A stretch of DNA of 64,000 nt from Octopus sinensis (GCF_006345805.1 NC_043016.1:32550001-32614000); one strand, 5' to 3'; positions 51,359 to 63,639 are shown, counted from the stretch's first letter. The notes: generated by a model from the letters alone, not told the origin. Numbers and translations are program-made.

Positions 51359-53313
51359 TTTGTGCAATAACTAAAACATTCGGTTGTGCAAATTGTTTGC
51401 ACAGGAAACCTGCCCTGTGTGGCGGTTTTTGCCGTTTTTGTGGATCTGTTTCAGCTTTTTTAGCGATTTCTGTTTTGGCGACTTCAAGCCATGAAGTCGT
51501 TGTTCTAAAATAACGCTGGTCTCCTTCACAACGCATTACGACGTTGATTTCCTTACACTCCCTTCCCCACAGCTTCACGAGGGAGGGAAGAAGGGGGAGA
51601 ACCAACACAGGTGCAGGCGTGAGCGTGGACGCCAACTCCGCCGCCATCGACACACGAAAAAATATGCATTAAAATGGAATAAAAAATGATGTTAAATTAT
51701 TTTTAAAATCGTACACTCATCGTACACGCGCGCTAATACCCAGACGGGCTCGATATGAATCACGACTATAAGATACCCGAATTTGGTTAAACTGCACCGC
51801 AAAATTTGGGCGTAGTTAGGAATCTAAATCGAAGGGGACAGACACTCACACAACTACAGTTTTATATATATAGTTATATTTTCTATGTTATATTTTCTTT
51901 TTTTATGTTTTTGTTTTTGGTTTGTCACTGTTTGATTTGCCTATTAGTGGTTTTATCTCTAATTTAATTTATACAGATATATATCTCATTTGTATACATT
52001 TGTATATATAATGCGTGCATACACACACACACACATATATATATACACACATATATATATATAATGTGTGCATTACGTAGTCTGTCGATTCACCTGAAAA
52101 TATGCACACCTATGTTAAAGGTGCTGACAAGTTTGCATCACAACTATTTTGTTCCTCAAATGAAAGGCGTCACCTCTAGGACAAAATTCCTCATCTTATA
52201 AAATGTGGCCCCAGTAGACCCGAATGAAATCGGGTTATATTAACCAAAATGTGAAAAGGGGTCTAAATGGGGCTGGAAGGGGATTAAAATTTCAAAGAGC
52301 GGGTGTTTAGGAATTCTCTGTTGCATCAAGCTAAAAAATTTGCGCCAGCCTTTTAATCGTCAATGTGTTGCCGTCCATGATAAAGAAGTTTTGAATGCTT
52401 GCCATGGTGAGTCTACTGTCGTGAGAAAGAATCACTTCAAAACTTGGTGTTTACGAATTTTCTTTTACATCAAGTTCAAAATTTTACGCCAGCCGTTAAA
52501 CTGTCAATACGTTGCTGTCCGTCGTTAACAAATGCCAGCCATGGTGACTCTACTATACTCAGATTCTATCCCTTCAAACTTTGGTTTCCAATATTTTATT
52601 ATTTTTATTCAGCTCGCAAGTTCGTCTGTCCCTTTTGAATGTTAGCGTTTTGCTGTCTGCCTTGAAGCAGACCTTTCCATTGCCACTGCCTCATATTTCT
52701 GATTGATCTTTCAAAATATTTTATTTCTCAACTTACTCAAGATCTTCTGTTGTTTATAAATGGGAGAGAGATAGATAAAGATAGAGAGTAAGAGAAAGCG
52801 AGGGAGAGTCCGAGAGAAAAGAAAAGTAAGAGAGTGGGAAAGTGAGAGAGAAAGGAGAGAGAACAAATACGGAGAATCATCATCATCATCATCGTTTAAC
52901 GTCCGTTTTCCGTGCTAGCACGGGTTGGGCAGTGTGACCGGTCTCGGAAGCCAGGAGGCTGCACCAGGCTCCAGTCTGATCTGGCAGTGTTTCTACAGGT
53001 GGATGACCTTCCTTACGCCAACCACACTGTGAGTGTAGTGAGTGCTTTTTTCGTGCCGACGGCACTGGTGCCAGGGAGGCTCGCAGTGGCAACGATCGGT
53101 TGGTGCTTTTTACGTGCCACCAGCACAGAAGCAAGTCAAGGCGGTGCTGCAATCGGCCACGTTCGGATGGTGCTTTTTACGTGCTGAAAGGAAGCAACAG
53201 AAAGTAACACCCACACTCTTACCCGCGCGTAGAGCGGGTCACCTTCATCTAGTACATACATATTAATATAAATATATAAATATATATATATATATATATT
53301 AATATATATATAA

Positions 53314-53354
<41 letters not shown>

Positions 53355-53514
53355 TATATATATAAATATATAAATATATATAAATATATATATAAATATA
53401 TATAAATATATATATATATATATTATATATATATAAATGTATATATATATATATATATATATATATTAATATATATATAAATATATAATATATAAATATA
53501 TATATAAATATATA

Positions 53515-53559
<45 letters not shown>

Positions 53560-53807
53560 AATATATATAAATATATAATAAAAATATTAAAATTACTAAG
53601 TCTCTATAAAAGAAATTACGGCAGCGTTTACTGGAAATTAATTGTTATTGCCATATTAATATGGCATTCTTATAGATATAAGAATAATCGCTGCCGCTGG
53701 TCAGCTCCATGAGGCCACCGCCATCAAGATAGCTATTGATACACGATCTGTATCCATTATAACCTTCGAACAAGGGAGGTCAGCCGCTTCACACTGCCAG
53801 TCCGACA

Positions 53808-53849
53808 GCTACAGACGCGTTTTGGGGTATTGCCCCTTGTCAATGTAGC
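53808..53849 (-). ncRNA. Hammerhead motif, antisense copy with G12A
   Basis: gctaca-TTGACAA-gggg-caata-cccc-AAAAC-gc-GTC-tgtagc. Confidence 0.5.
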
Positions 53850-54165
53850 GCAGTCAGACCCGCAGGTGTCGCCACTGACGTCTCTGTTCGAAGGTTTCTA
53901 TTTACCTAGTTTCAATAGCTATCTTGATGGCGGTGGCCTCATGGAGCTGACCAGCGGCAACGATTATTCTTATATCTATAAGAATGCCATATTAATATGG
54001 CGATAACAATTAATTTCCAGTAAACGCTGCCGTAATCTCTTTTATAGAGATTTAGTAATTTTAATATTTCTATTATTGAAAACAAGTGGATGTATTCCAC
54101 TGAAACTAGGTAAATAGAAACCTTCGAACAGAGACGTCAGTGGCGACACCTGCGGGTCTGACTGC

Positions 54166-54207
54166 GCTACATTGACAAGGGGCAATACCCCGAAACGCGT
54201 CTGTAGC
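54166..54207 (+). ncRNA. Minimal type I hammerhead ribozyme (compensatory U3-A8 core)
   Basis: gctaca-TTGACAA-gggg-caata-cccc-GAAAC-gc-GTC-tgtagc. Stem I extends via gtctgac/gtcggac, and stem III is palindromic (acgcgt). Confidence 0.75.
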
Positions 54208-54575
54208 TGTCGGACTGGCAGTGTGAAGCGGCTGACCTCCCTTGTTCGAAGGTTATAATGGATACAGATCGTGTATCAATAGCTATCTTGTCTCTGTTCG
54301 AAGGTTTCTATTTACCTAGTTTCAATAGCTATCTTGATGGCGGTGGCCTCATGGAGCTGACCAGCGGCAACGATTATTCTTATATCTATAAGAATGCCAT
54401 ATTAATATGGCGATAACAATTAATTTCCAGTAAACGCTGCCGTTATCTCTTTTATAGAGATTTAGTAATTTTAATATTTCTATTATTGAAAACAAGTGGA
54501 TGTATTCCACTGAAACTAGGTAAATAGAAACCATCGAACAGAGACGTCAGTGGCGACACCTGCGGGTCTGACTGC

Positions 54576-54617
54576 GCTACATTGACAAGGGGCAATACCC
54601 CGAAACGCGTCTGTAGC
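54576..54617 (+). ncRNA. Second tandem copy of the same hammerhead, 410 nt downstream
   Basis: Identical 42-nt motif. Confidence 0.75.
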
Positions 54618-54802
54618 TGTCGGACTGGCAGTGTGAAGCGGCTGACCTCCCTTGTTCGAAGGTTATAATGGATACAGATCGTGTATCAATAGCTATCTTG
54701 ATGGCGGTGGCCTCATGGAGCTGACCAGCGGCAGCGATTATTCTTATATCTATTAGAATGCCATATTAATATGGCGATAACAATTAATTTATAAATATAT
54801 AT

Positions 54803-54871
<69 letters not shown>

Positions 54872-54894
54872 TATAATATATATAATATATATAT

Positions 54895-54996
<102 letters not shown>

Positions 54997-54997
54997 A

Positions 54998-55084
<87 letters not shown>

Positions 55085-55089
<5 letters not shown>

Positions 55090-56493
55090 GAAGCAAGGGT
55101 TAGAATCAAAGGGCCTTAGAGTAAATGTAGCAAAAACCAAAGTAATAGTAAGCAGCAAGGCGTACTCAGCACACACACGTAGGTGGCCCTGCTCAATCTG
55201 TAGGAAAGGTACAGGTAGAAACTCCATAAGATGCACCCAATGTAAGCTATGGACGCATAAGAGGTGCAGCAACATTAAAGGGAAATTAACAGATAAGATA
55301 GCTTTCATGTGCGGCAGATGCACAGGGGCAATAGACACAACAGACACTCAGAAAACAGATTCCATCACACTCCAGGGAGAGAAACTAGAAGTAGTTGATA
55401 GTTTCCGCTACCTGGGCGACCAAGTTAGTAGCGGAGGTGGATGCACAGAGAGTATCACCACTAGAATACGAATAGCCTGGGCAAAGTTCAGAAAGCTCCT
55501 ACCCCTACTGGCGACAAAGGGTCTCTCCCTCAGAATGAAAGGTAGATTGTATGATGCATGTGTGCGAACTGCCATGCTTCACGGTAATGAAACATGGGCT
55601 GTGACTGCAGAGGACATGCGTAGACGAAAGAAATGAAGCTAGCATGATCCGCTGGATGTGTAGTGTCAGTGTGCACGCACGACAGAGTGTAAGCATCCTG
55701 AGAGAAATGCTGGATATAAGAAGCATCAGATGTGGTGTGCAAGAGTGACGCTTGCGATGGTATGGTCATGTGCTGCGGATGGATGAAGAGAGATGTGTGA
55801 AGAAGTGCCACTCCCAAACAGTTGAAGGTATCAGGGGGAGAGGTAGACCCAGAAAGACATGGGATGAGGTAGTCAAGCATGACCTCAGAGCATTGGGCCT
55901 CACTGATGCAATGGCGAAGGACCGAGATCTCTGGAGATATGCTGTGACTGCAAAGACCCGGGCTGCTTCCTGCATCAGTTCCACATAGCCCCTGCCCATT
56001 CAAAGTACCCCAGATCCCAGATCGTCCTGCTGTGCCTGAGGAGACCTGCTGAGTCAAGTACATGAACATGAACGGCGAAATAAATATCAATGGAAATAGG
56101 AGTTATGATGCCTGTGCCGGTGGCACATAAAAAGTACTATCCGAACGTGGCCGATGCCAGCGCTGCCCCGACTGGCCTCTGTGCCGGTAAGACCATCCGA
56201 ACGTTGCCAGCGCCGCCTTGGCTGGCTCCCGTGCCGCTGGCACGTTAAGAGCTCGAACCGATCGTGACCGATGCCGGACCCCCCCCCCCGGCCCCTGTGC
56301 AGGTGGCACGTAAAAAGCACCCACTCCACTCGCGGAGTGGTTGGCGTTAGGAAGGGCATCCAGCCGTAGAAACTCTGCCAGATCAGACTGGAGCCTGGAG
56401 CGGCCCCTGGCTTCCCAGACCCCGGTCGAACCGTCCAACCCGTGCTAGCGCGGAAAACGGACGTTTAAACGATGATGATGATGATGATGATGA
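55085..56493 (+). mobile_element. 5'-truncated RTE LINE (RT C-terminal part with PHD-like finger, frameshifts, 3' UTR, (ATG)n tail)
   Basis: GLRVNVAKTKV, VVDSFRYLGD, RIRIAWAKF, YDACVRTAMLHGNETW, RWYGHVLRM, GRGRPRKTW; the UTR is the source of the dispersed short copies. Confidence 0.92.
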
Positions 56494-56523
56494 TATATAT
56501 ATATATATATATATATAACAAAA

Positions 56524-56898
56524 TGTACTAGCCATCTGAATGTGGCTAGCCACTGGGGGTGGGTGTTACTGAAGCTTATAGCCCCAGGAGATCATCGTCT
56601 CCAGCTGGCTTTAGACACACTTTCTGTGACCTTCTGATCTTCGCAAAGGGAGGTCATCCCCTCTCGAAAACCTAAGTGATACATACGGACTATAGTTTCG
56701 AGGTATTTGCCTCTCGTCAACGTACGGTAATCACCGTATGTATCACTTAAGTTTTCGAGAGGGGATGACCTCCCTTTGCGAATATCAGAAGGTCACAGAA
56801 AGTGTGTCTAAAGCCAGCTGGAGACGATGATCTCCTGGGGCTATAAGCTTCAGTAATACACACCCCCAGTGGCTAGCCACATTCAGATGGCTAGTACA
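56524..56898. repeat. Palindrome with 165-bp arms (56524-56688 / 56734-56898) whose loop is a hammerhead
   Basis: tgtactagccatctg...catacgg-[loop]-ccgtatg...cagatggctagtaca. Confidence 0.95.
56682..56726 (-). ncRNA. Minimal type I hammerhead ribozyme
   Basis: cgtacg-TTGACGA-gagg-caaata-cctc-GAAAC-tata-GTC-cgtatg; 6-bp stem I, palindromic stem III (actatagt). Confidence 0.75.
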
Positions 56899-57293
56899 CT
56901 TTACGTTGTCGAGCGGTTACTGTTTACATCTCGTTTGGAGATTTATTAATGCTTTCAGACAGTTTTTCTAAATCTGTGACAGTGATTGCTGGGAAAAACA
57001 TTAAATAGATATTCGCAAACAGGTCTCTCCAATCGAAAACCGCTGTTTTTTAAATTTTTCCTCGGAGTATATCAAATATTTTTCTGTTGCTGCAAATCGT
57101 TGTGTGAGTTCGTTTCCGCTTGTCTACTTTGTTGTGTTACACGTAATATAATTGTTGAACTGTTTTTGACCCAGTAATTTTCGTCCTTCGGGGTAGAAAA
57201 TTTCTGTGTGTTTTTTTGTGTGAACTCTTAACCTGTATAGGTTATTTTTGAAAAAATTCCCTTGTCATTTGTGACAAGTTTGTGTTGTCTAAT

Positions 57294-58817
57294 ATGGAAT
57301 TAGACTTAAGTTCAAAAAAAGACTTTCCCGAGATGGCAGAAGGTACAACAACTGTTAAACAAAAGGAAACACAGACAAAACCCAGTTTTTCAGACGCCGT
57401 AGGTGGCGAAGTGGAAGAAATGGAGGTGTCAATGGAAAGACTATTTAAGTTCAGACCGCTTGTGCAAAAAAGTGGTAAAGAAACACGATTGGTACCGCCC
57501 CCTGAGACTATACAGGCAATACGGGGAAAAATGGTCACCTATAAGGTGTACAATATAAAAGAAAAACGAATGACCGACGTAAAAAACGAAATGGTCGAAA
57601 AGTGTATGGCACCAATATGGAGCAAAGTTCGTCATGTCAACCGAGGTGCAAGAAGCGTTACAGTGGAGGCGCATTTTGAGACGGCGGAAGAAGCAAAGCA
57701 AATTTCGACGCAAACGTTGAAAAACGAGAATATAATACTGCTACCCTTATATTTGGGGTGCAGAACAGCAAAAGTGACACTGGAAGATATACCAAGGGGC
57801 TACGACGTGATGTGGGCGGCAACAGCGGTCATTTTTGATGTTGAATCAAAATTGACAATTTTGAGTATGAAGAGGAAAATATGAAAACACTGGAGAGGCC
57901 AGCAGCTGGAGATGATTATCCAGGCGGAAAATGCGACGCTGGAAAGCCTACCAGACAGAGTCTTCGTGGGGGAGGGGCACTCCATACGAGTTTCGGTGGA
58001 AGGACGCAGGCCCAGATGTTTTAAGTGCGGGCAAAAGAGCCACGTTCGCTCCGTTTGCACAACGAAAAATAATACGGGCAACGCCCTCCCCCCCCCCCAC
58101 ACAAAACGCTGTGAAGAACGCAGAAAGCAGCAAAGTGGAGAACAAAGTAACGACTGGCGAAAGCAAGGAGGAAAAAAAAACAAGTCGAACTCCAAAAAGG
58201 AGGAAGACAAGAACGGAATGCAAAATGAGAAAGGAAAAGAAGAGGAAATTAATACAACAAAAACAAATATACAAGAAGAGATGGAATTCACGAACGTGTC
58301 GAACAAAAGGAAAAAATCCATCACCCCTGACTTCCCACCCGTAACAAAAAAGAAAACAACGCACGCAGACGAACAAATTAAAAATATTCTCCAATCCCAC
58401 ACCGGCGGTACTACATTTATAGGCCAGCACTTTAACAAACCCCACCCCCCAACTGTAAAAGGGTTTAAACCCAATGAAAAATGTATAGCATACACCACAA
58501 GGAACGAGAGAGTAGTAAAATTTGTGCAAGCAAGTACGCAGATCAGGTGCTACAAAGCGACCGAGAAGGAAGCGGAGTGGCGATATGCAAGGGTCGGCGA
58601 AGAAGGATGGAAAGGAAAAAACTTACAAGACCACGTAAAAGCCGGCTTCATTAAGGATGTCACCCAGGAGGTGACAACTGGGAAATTATACGTCAGCCCG
58701 GCAGCCACACCAACCCAGAGCCCGGTGACAACGCCGGTGAAACGCCCAGCAGCAACGGCGAGTGGAGGGGGGGAGACAGGCAGAAGGAATCTGTCAGGCT
58801 CCCTCTCGCAACCGTGA
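57294..58817 (+). pseudogene. Tx1-like ORF1 (RNA-binding region plus CCHC zinc knuckle) with one in-frame TGA at 57882-57884
   Basis: ORFs 57282-57884 and 57912-58817 are in the same frame; motif CFKCGQKSHVRSVC. Confidence 0.88.
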
Positions 58818-58839
58818 GTAAATAAATTTCTTTTTTTCG

Positions 58840-61800
58840 ATGATTAAGTTAGGTTGTATAAATGTGCGTGGAATGGGGTCGAAATGGAAACAGGCTTGTT
58901 TTCGAGACGACCTCATTTCACATAGAATCGATGTAGCTATTGTTACCGAGTCCAAGATGAAAGGACCCCAAGCGTTTTCACCACTTCTCAATGGTTACGA
59001 GAAATTTATTTCTCCTAGCCGGGAGGGAGGTGCAGGCGTGGCAGTTCTTTTCAGGAAGAACTTGGACTTACAGGTAAGTACTGTCTTTCTGGACCCAGAA
59101 GGTAGGCTGGTTGTCCTAGATGTGACGCACGTGAGTAAGCAGTCCTTCAGGTTGGTGGCTGTCTACGCTCCTAATGGACGTGGGCAGACCGGTTTTTTTC
59201 GGGAACTGGAGCACTTTCTAGTGACGTCCAAAACGGTAGTCTTGGTAGGGGATTTCAACACCATTCTCGATGCGCGGGTGGATGGTGTAGGCTCGAGCGA
59301 TAGGAAGGGGAATCCTGGCCTCAAGGCTCTACTAGCGAGCTTTAATCTAGTAGACCGTTTTCGACTGGATAAGCCGAACCTTCCACAGTGGACGTGGAGT
59401 AATAACGACGGCTCACGCAGATCGTACATAGATAGAGTATTTGTTAAGGAACGAGATAGGAATAGTGTTAACTGTCCACAATTCTCTGTTGTGCCTTACA
59501 CGGATCACAAACTTGTGACGTGTGAGGTACAGGTAGATAAATGCCATAGACAAGGTCCCGGGTACTGGAAAATGAACAAGTCTATTTTGACTTGTGAAGC
59601 TTTCCGTACCCGGATTAAGGAATTAGTACAGAGGGCATTATGTGGCACCATCATTAATAATAGATGGTGGCTCGCCCTCAAAAGAGCCATCCGTTTGGAG
59701 TCCATTAGATTTAGCAAGCAGCTAAGTTTAGATAGGACTAGAATAGAGGGCGAATTAGTTAAGAACTTAGACGAGGCTATGGAATCTGGCTGTGCATCCG
59801 GAGTGTTGGCAGCGAGAGCGATATTGTACCGTCACCTCAACGCCAAGCACGAGGGGTGTAGAGTCAGAGCTAAGTTACGTGCAGGAAAACGAGAAGGTAG
59901 TAACGTTGCCGGATGGGCCCGTCGTGAGGAGAGTCAGAAGGGCAAAAAGTCCTGTATTATGTCCTTAACTGACGAGCAGGACCGCAAGATCTATGGACAG
60001 GAGGAGATGCAGAAGGTCCTTCACCAGCATTTCGCACGGCTGTTTGGGGGCGGTGGTCTGCTCGAGCGTGGGGAGACCTTAAAGGACTTCCTAGCTGGTG
60101 GGCCTCGGCTCTCGGCAGGTGAGGCGGAGTGCTGTGAAGGATCGATCTCTCCCGCGGAGGTAAGAGGGGTTATGGCCGAGTGCGCCGGGGAAAAGTCGCC
60201 GGGGTTGGATGGTCTGCCCTATGAATTTTATTGTTGTATGCCGGACTTGTTCGGGGACATACTGGCAAGCGTCTATGCAAACTGGTAACAGAATGGGAGG
60301 ATTCCCAGCTCTGTGAGTCGGAGAGTTGTGACGCTTGTCCAGAAAGACCCGAGCAAGGGGGAAAGTATTAGTAATTATAGGCCCATAACTCTACTTAATG
60401 TAGAGTTTAAGATTTTGGCCAAGGTGTTAGCAAAAAGGCTGACGGCTGTCGTAGAGAAACTTGTCGGGAAGGCACAGACATGTGCAATCCCAGGAAGGTC
60501 GATCCAGGATAATCTTCACCTTCTCCGCTACACTATAGATAGGGTCGGGAAATTAGACGGTAAAGGAGGGTCATTGGTCCATTTAGACCTAAGTAAAGCG
60601 TTCGATAGGGTAGACCATCGGTACTTGGCGGCGGTCCTCGAAGCGGCTGGGCTGGGCCCTGGCTTCTGCGGGTGGATCTCAGCTATGTACAGCGGCATCA
60701 AGTCCACAGTCCAGATAAACGGTTACCTAACGGAGCCGTTTTCGATCAAGCATTCAGTTCGTCAAGGGTGCCCCTTGTCCCCGCTCCTGTATGTTTTGGC
60801 TCTTGAGCCATTGCTACGGGAGCTGGAGAAGTTGGGAGGCAACCCTAATGAAATCGGATGCGGTAAGTCTGTTTCTGCCTATGCGGATGACGTCACCCTC
60901 ATCGTGTCCAAGGGAACACAGCTACCTCGGGTAGCAGGTGCTCTCCGAAGATACGAAGCGGTGGCAGGGGCAAAAGTTAACAGGGACAAGTCCATCGGTT
61001 TGCGCCTCGGCACCTGGAGGAACAAGCCGATACCGTCCAGTGTTGTTGGACACTGGACGGATGGTCCTGTTAAATTGCTCGGAGTCTGGTTTGGTCCAGA
61101 CTCCCAGACGGAGAAGAATTGGAGCGAGGTAACGAGCAAGGTAGAAGCCATAGTACGGAAGTGGTCCGGAAGGTATCTTTCCTTGAAAGGGAGGGCTGAG
61201 GTGGCACAGATGTTTATAGCCTCTGTCGTCACCTACCGCCTGACCGTCGTGCCTTGCCCCGATTCGTGGTTAAACAAGTTGGAACGACTCCTTTTCCGCT
61301 TTTTGTGGAAAGGAGAAAAGCCACTTGTGAGACGCTCCGTGTGTTGCCAGGAACCGCTAAAGGGTGGACTGGGGATGCGCAAGCATGCGTTGAGGCTGAG
61401 ACACCTCTGGTGTTACCTGGAGGATGATAAGGTGTGGAGTTCGCTGGCAGAGGAATTCTTCCCGCGACCGGCCTCTATGGAGGGATTTACACCCGGTCTC
61501 ATTAAAGGACGTAACCTGACTTCATGGCAGAAGGAGTGCCGACAGGCACTCTGGCTGATCCACAAGATGGGCAAGGCCGGCAGCGGGAATACCACCTCGG
61601 TGTTCTATAAAGGGCTGGTAGAGGGAAAAAATGACGACGTCCTAGGAAGGGCTCTGGGGTTCGATGAGGATCAACTCTCCAACCTGTTTAAGAAGACTTT
61701 CAGGTCGGGGTATTTAGATAATTACCAAAAATCCCTGACCTGGCAGTGCTATAGGAATGCATTACCTGTTCGCGAGAAGTTATCCAGGCACGGAATGTCA

Positions 61801-62214
61801 GTGCCACCGACGTGTCCAAGATGTGGGTTGGACGATGAAACCGTTCAACACGCTTTTGTACAATGTCGGGAGCTGTCAGGCTTGATAAGTTACGTTGAAC
61901 ACGTGTTGTCGCATCTGGGACGAGTACAGCTGTCGGCTGGATCTATGATTAAGATGATACCGCCAACTGGACTCTCAAAGGAAGGTAAGGCTTGTTTTTA
62001 CTGTACTGTGGCAGTATTGAAAGAGTGTGTATGGAGAACTAGATTGGAAGGTCTAGTGAAAGGGTCCTTTATCTCTGGCCCCCGTTTGTTAAAATACTTC
62101 GGATATCATCTGAAGAGCAAGATGGGGTTGGAGAAGAGGAGCCTGCCACAGAAAGAGTATATGGAACGTTGGAAGGATGTGATGAGAAAGGTGGGTGAGA
62201 GTAACCCAGCTTAA
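58840..62214 (+). pseudogene. Tx1-like ORF2 (APE endonuclease, RT, C-terminal CCHC) with one in-frame TAA at 60286-60288
   Basis: INVRG, VYAPN, GDFN, SYIDRVF, TDHKLV; YRPITLLN, LDLSKAFDRVDH, VRQGCPLSPLLY, AYADDV; CPRCGLDDETVQHAFVQC. Confidence 0.93.
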
Positions 62215-62519
62215 TCATCGAGGAAATGAAAAATCAGCTGCTGGGATTTATAGGCTCCCATTCCCTTTCACTGTACATAACTGTTTAAAATAAAGAAATA
62301 ATAAAAAAAAAGAAAACATACGCACTAAAAGTTCTCGTGATAAAGGCAAAAGTAAGCCAAGTTTTCGTTCAAGTTACATAAAATTTTATTTTTGTAATTT
62401 TTATAATTTCATTCGAACTCGCATAGCATTTTTGTAATTGTTTTGTCCTGCAATGTCCCCTTCTATGTTAGATCACTTGATCATAATAAAGATAAATCCA
62501 ATCGAAGACCGGTGTTTAC

Positions 62520-62558
62520 CATACGTTGACGAGAGGCAAAAACCTCGAAACTATAGTC
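62520..62558 (+). ncRNA. Hammerhead motif of the 56682-56726 family, truncated at the GUC cleavage site
   Basis: catacg-TTGACGA-gagg-caaaaa-cctc-GAAAC-tata-GTC is followed by gtcgcgg instead of cgtatg, so the 3' strand of stem I is lost. Confidence 0.7.
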
Positions 62559-62685
62559 GTCGCGGTTGTGAGATCGAATTCGTTGGTGGAAGCGGTTGCG
62601 GCATTGGGGATTTTTTTTCTCAAAAATTTAAACCCAAACGTATGCGGGAGCGGCAGGCAAGGGCCTGGCTGCGAGCGAACTACAG

Positions 62686-63639
62686 TTGGAAGAAGTTACA
62701 GTCGAGAAGGAGATTTTGAAGAATTATTTCGACAGCTTGAAGAGAGAAGGTGACTGTGTGAGGATCACACCACCTGAAGAAGAAGCGAAAGACGCAGAGA
62801 AACATATTATAACATACAGAACGTGGAACGTGGCTTCAAAGAAAGTAGAAGTGGCACCGATAGAGGAAATTGAGCGCTGTCTGAATGGAGTTGAAGGAGA
62901 ACCTACCTTCTATAATAGAGGTAGAAAATACGCAACAGTGGTCGTTCATTTTAAAAACGAAGACGAAGCGAAGAAGAATGCCACGCAAATACTGAAAACA
63001 GAAAAATGGATGTTATTACCAAGTTATCGTGGAAAAAGGGCAGTAAGAATACGAATCAGTAAGATTTCGCCGAAGCTGAACATGGAAAGAATCTTAGCGG
63101 CAGTGGTATTCAACGGCAAAGAAAGCGTTGAAATATTGAAAGTAGAAAAATCGAAAGATGTACAGTGGTGGGGTTATGCGGTGCAGGCTTTGGTTCATAT
63201 AACCATACAAGACCTGTATAACATCCCAGAGGAGTTGGTGTTCCCCGACGAGACTCGACTCAGAGTCGTGGTGGAGGGGAGACCACCAGTGTGCTACAAG
63301 TGTAAAATTAGAGGCCACATGAAAGATGTATGTCCGACGAGAACATTGGAAGCTCGGACAGAAATATTGCAAATGGCGGATGAAAAATGTGTAAACACAG
63401 AAAATGTGGAAAGTGGTGACGAGTTGGAGAAAGAAAAGGAAAGAACAGAAGGAAAAGAAGATAGAAAGAGAGCGAGGGTGGAATCACCACCTAAAGTTCA
63501 AAAAAAGAAAAAAGCGAAAAATAAGACTACAGACGAGATGGAAGATCGAACGTGCGAAGATAAGAATACAAAAGCGAAGGCTAGAGAACCGGCAAATTTA
63601 ACGGCAGACCAAGAATGGGGAAGAAGAGTGGAAGAATAA
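62686..63639 (+). CDS. Second Tx1-type ORF1 (different subfamily), not followed by ORF2
   Basis: IITYRTWNV, LLPSYRGKR, VVVEGRPPVCYKCKIRGHMKDVC, homologous to ORF1 at 57294. Confidence 0.8.
   Translation: MEEVTVEKEILKNYFDSLKREGDCVRITPPEEEAKDAEKHIITYRTWNVASKKVEVAPIEEIERCLNGVEGEPTFYNRGRKYATVVVHFKNEDEAKKNATQILKTEKWMLLPSYRGKRAVRIRISKISPKLNMERILAAVVFNGKESVEILKVEKSKDVQWWGYAVQALVHITIQDLYNIPEELVFPDETRLRVVVEGRPPVCYKCKIRGHMKDVCPTRTLEARTEILQMADEKCVNTENVESGDELEKEKERTEGKEDRKRARVESPPKVQKKKKAKNKTTDEMEDRTCEDKNTKAKAREPANLTADQEWGRRVEE

Larger units (their letters stand above)
53583..54790. repeat. Nested inverted plus tandem Penelope-type repeat (X-Y-X'-s-Y'-y-X'-s-Y'-X') between two (TA)n tracts
   Basis: 53583-53738 is inverted at 53913-54066, and 53739-53912 is inverted at about 54100-54280. 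The 410-bp block is then repeated in tandem. Confidence 0.92.
56899..62315 (+). mobile_element. Near full-length Tx1/L1-clade LINE (two ORFs, A-rich tail)
   Basis: 5' leader, ORF1, ORF2 and AATAAA/A-rich end at about 62288-62315. The element ends are estimated, and no TSD was found. Confidence 0.88.

Noticed and set aside
56620-56680. Second hammerhead-like pattern in the palindrome arms (ctgat...gggagg/ccctct-cgaaaac)
   Set aside because: The core is interrupted and the cleavage triplet would be GUG; too degenerate to call.
57882-57884. In-frame TGA in Tx1 ORF1 as recoding or selenocysteine
   Set aside because: Not at a conserved Cys position, and ORF2 also carries a TAA; simple nonsense mutation is more likely.
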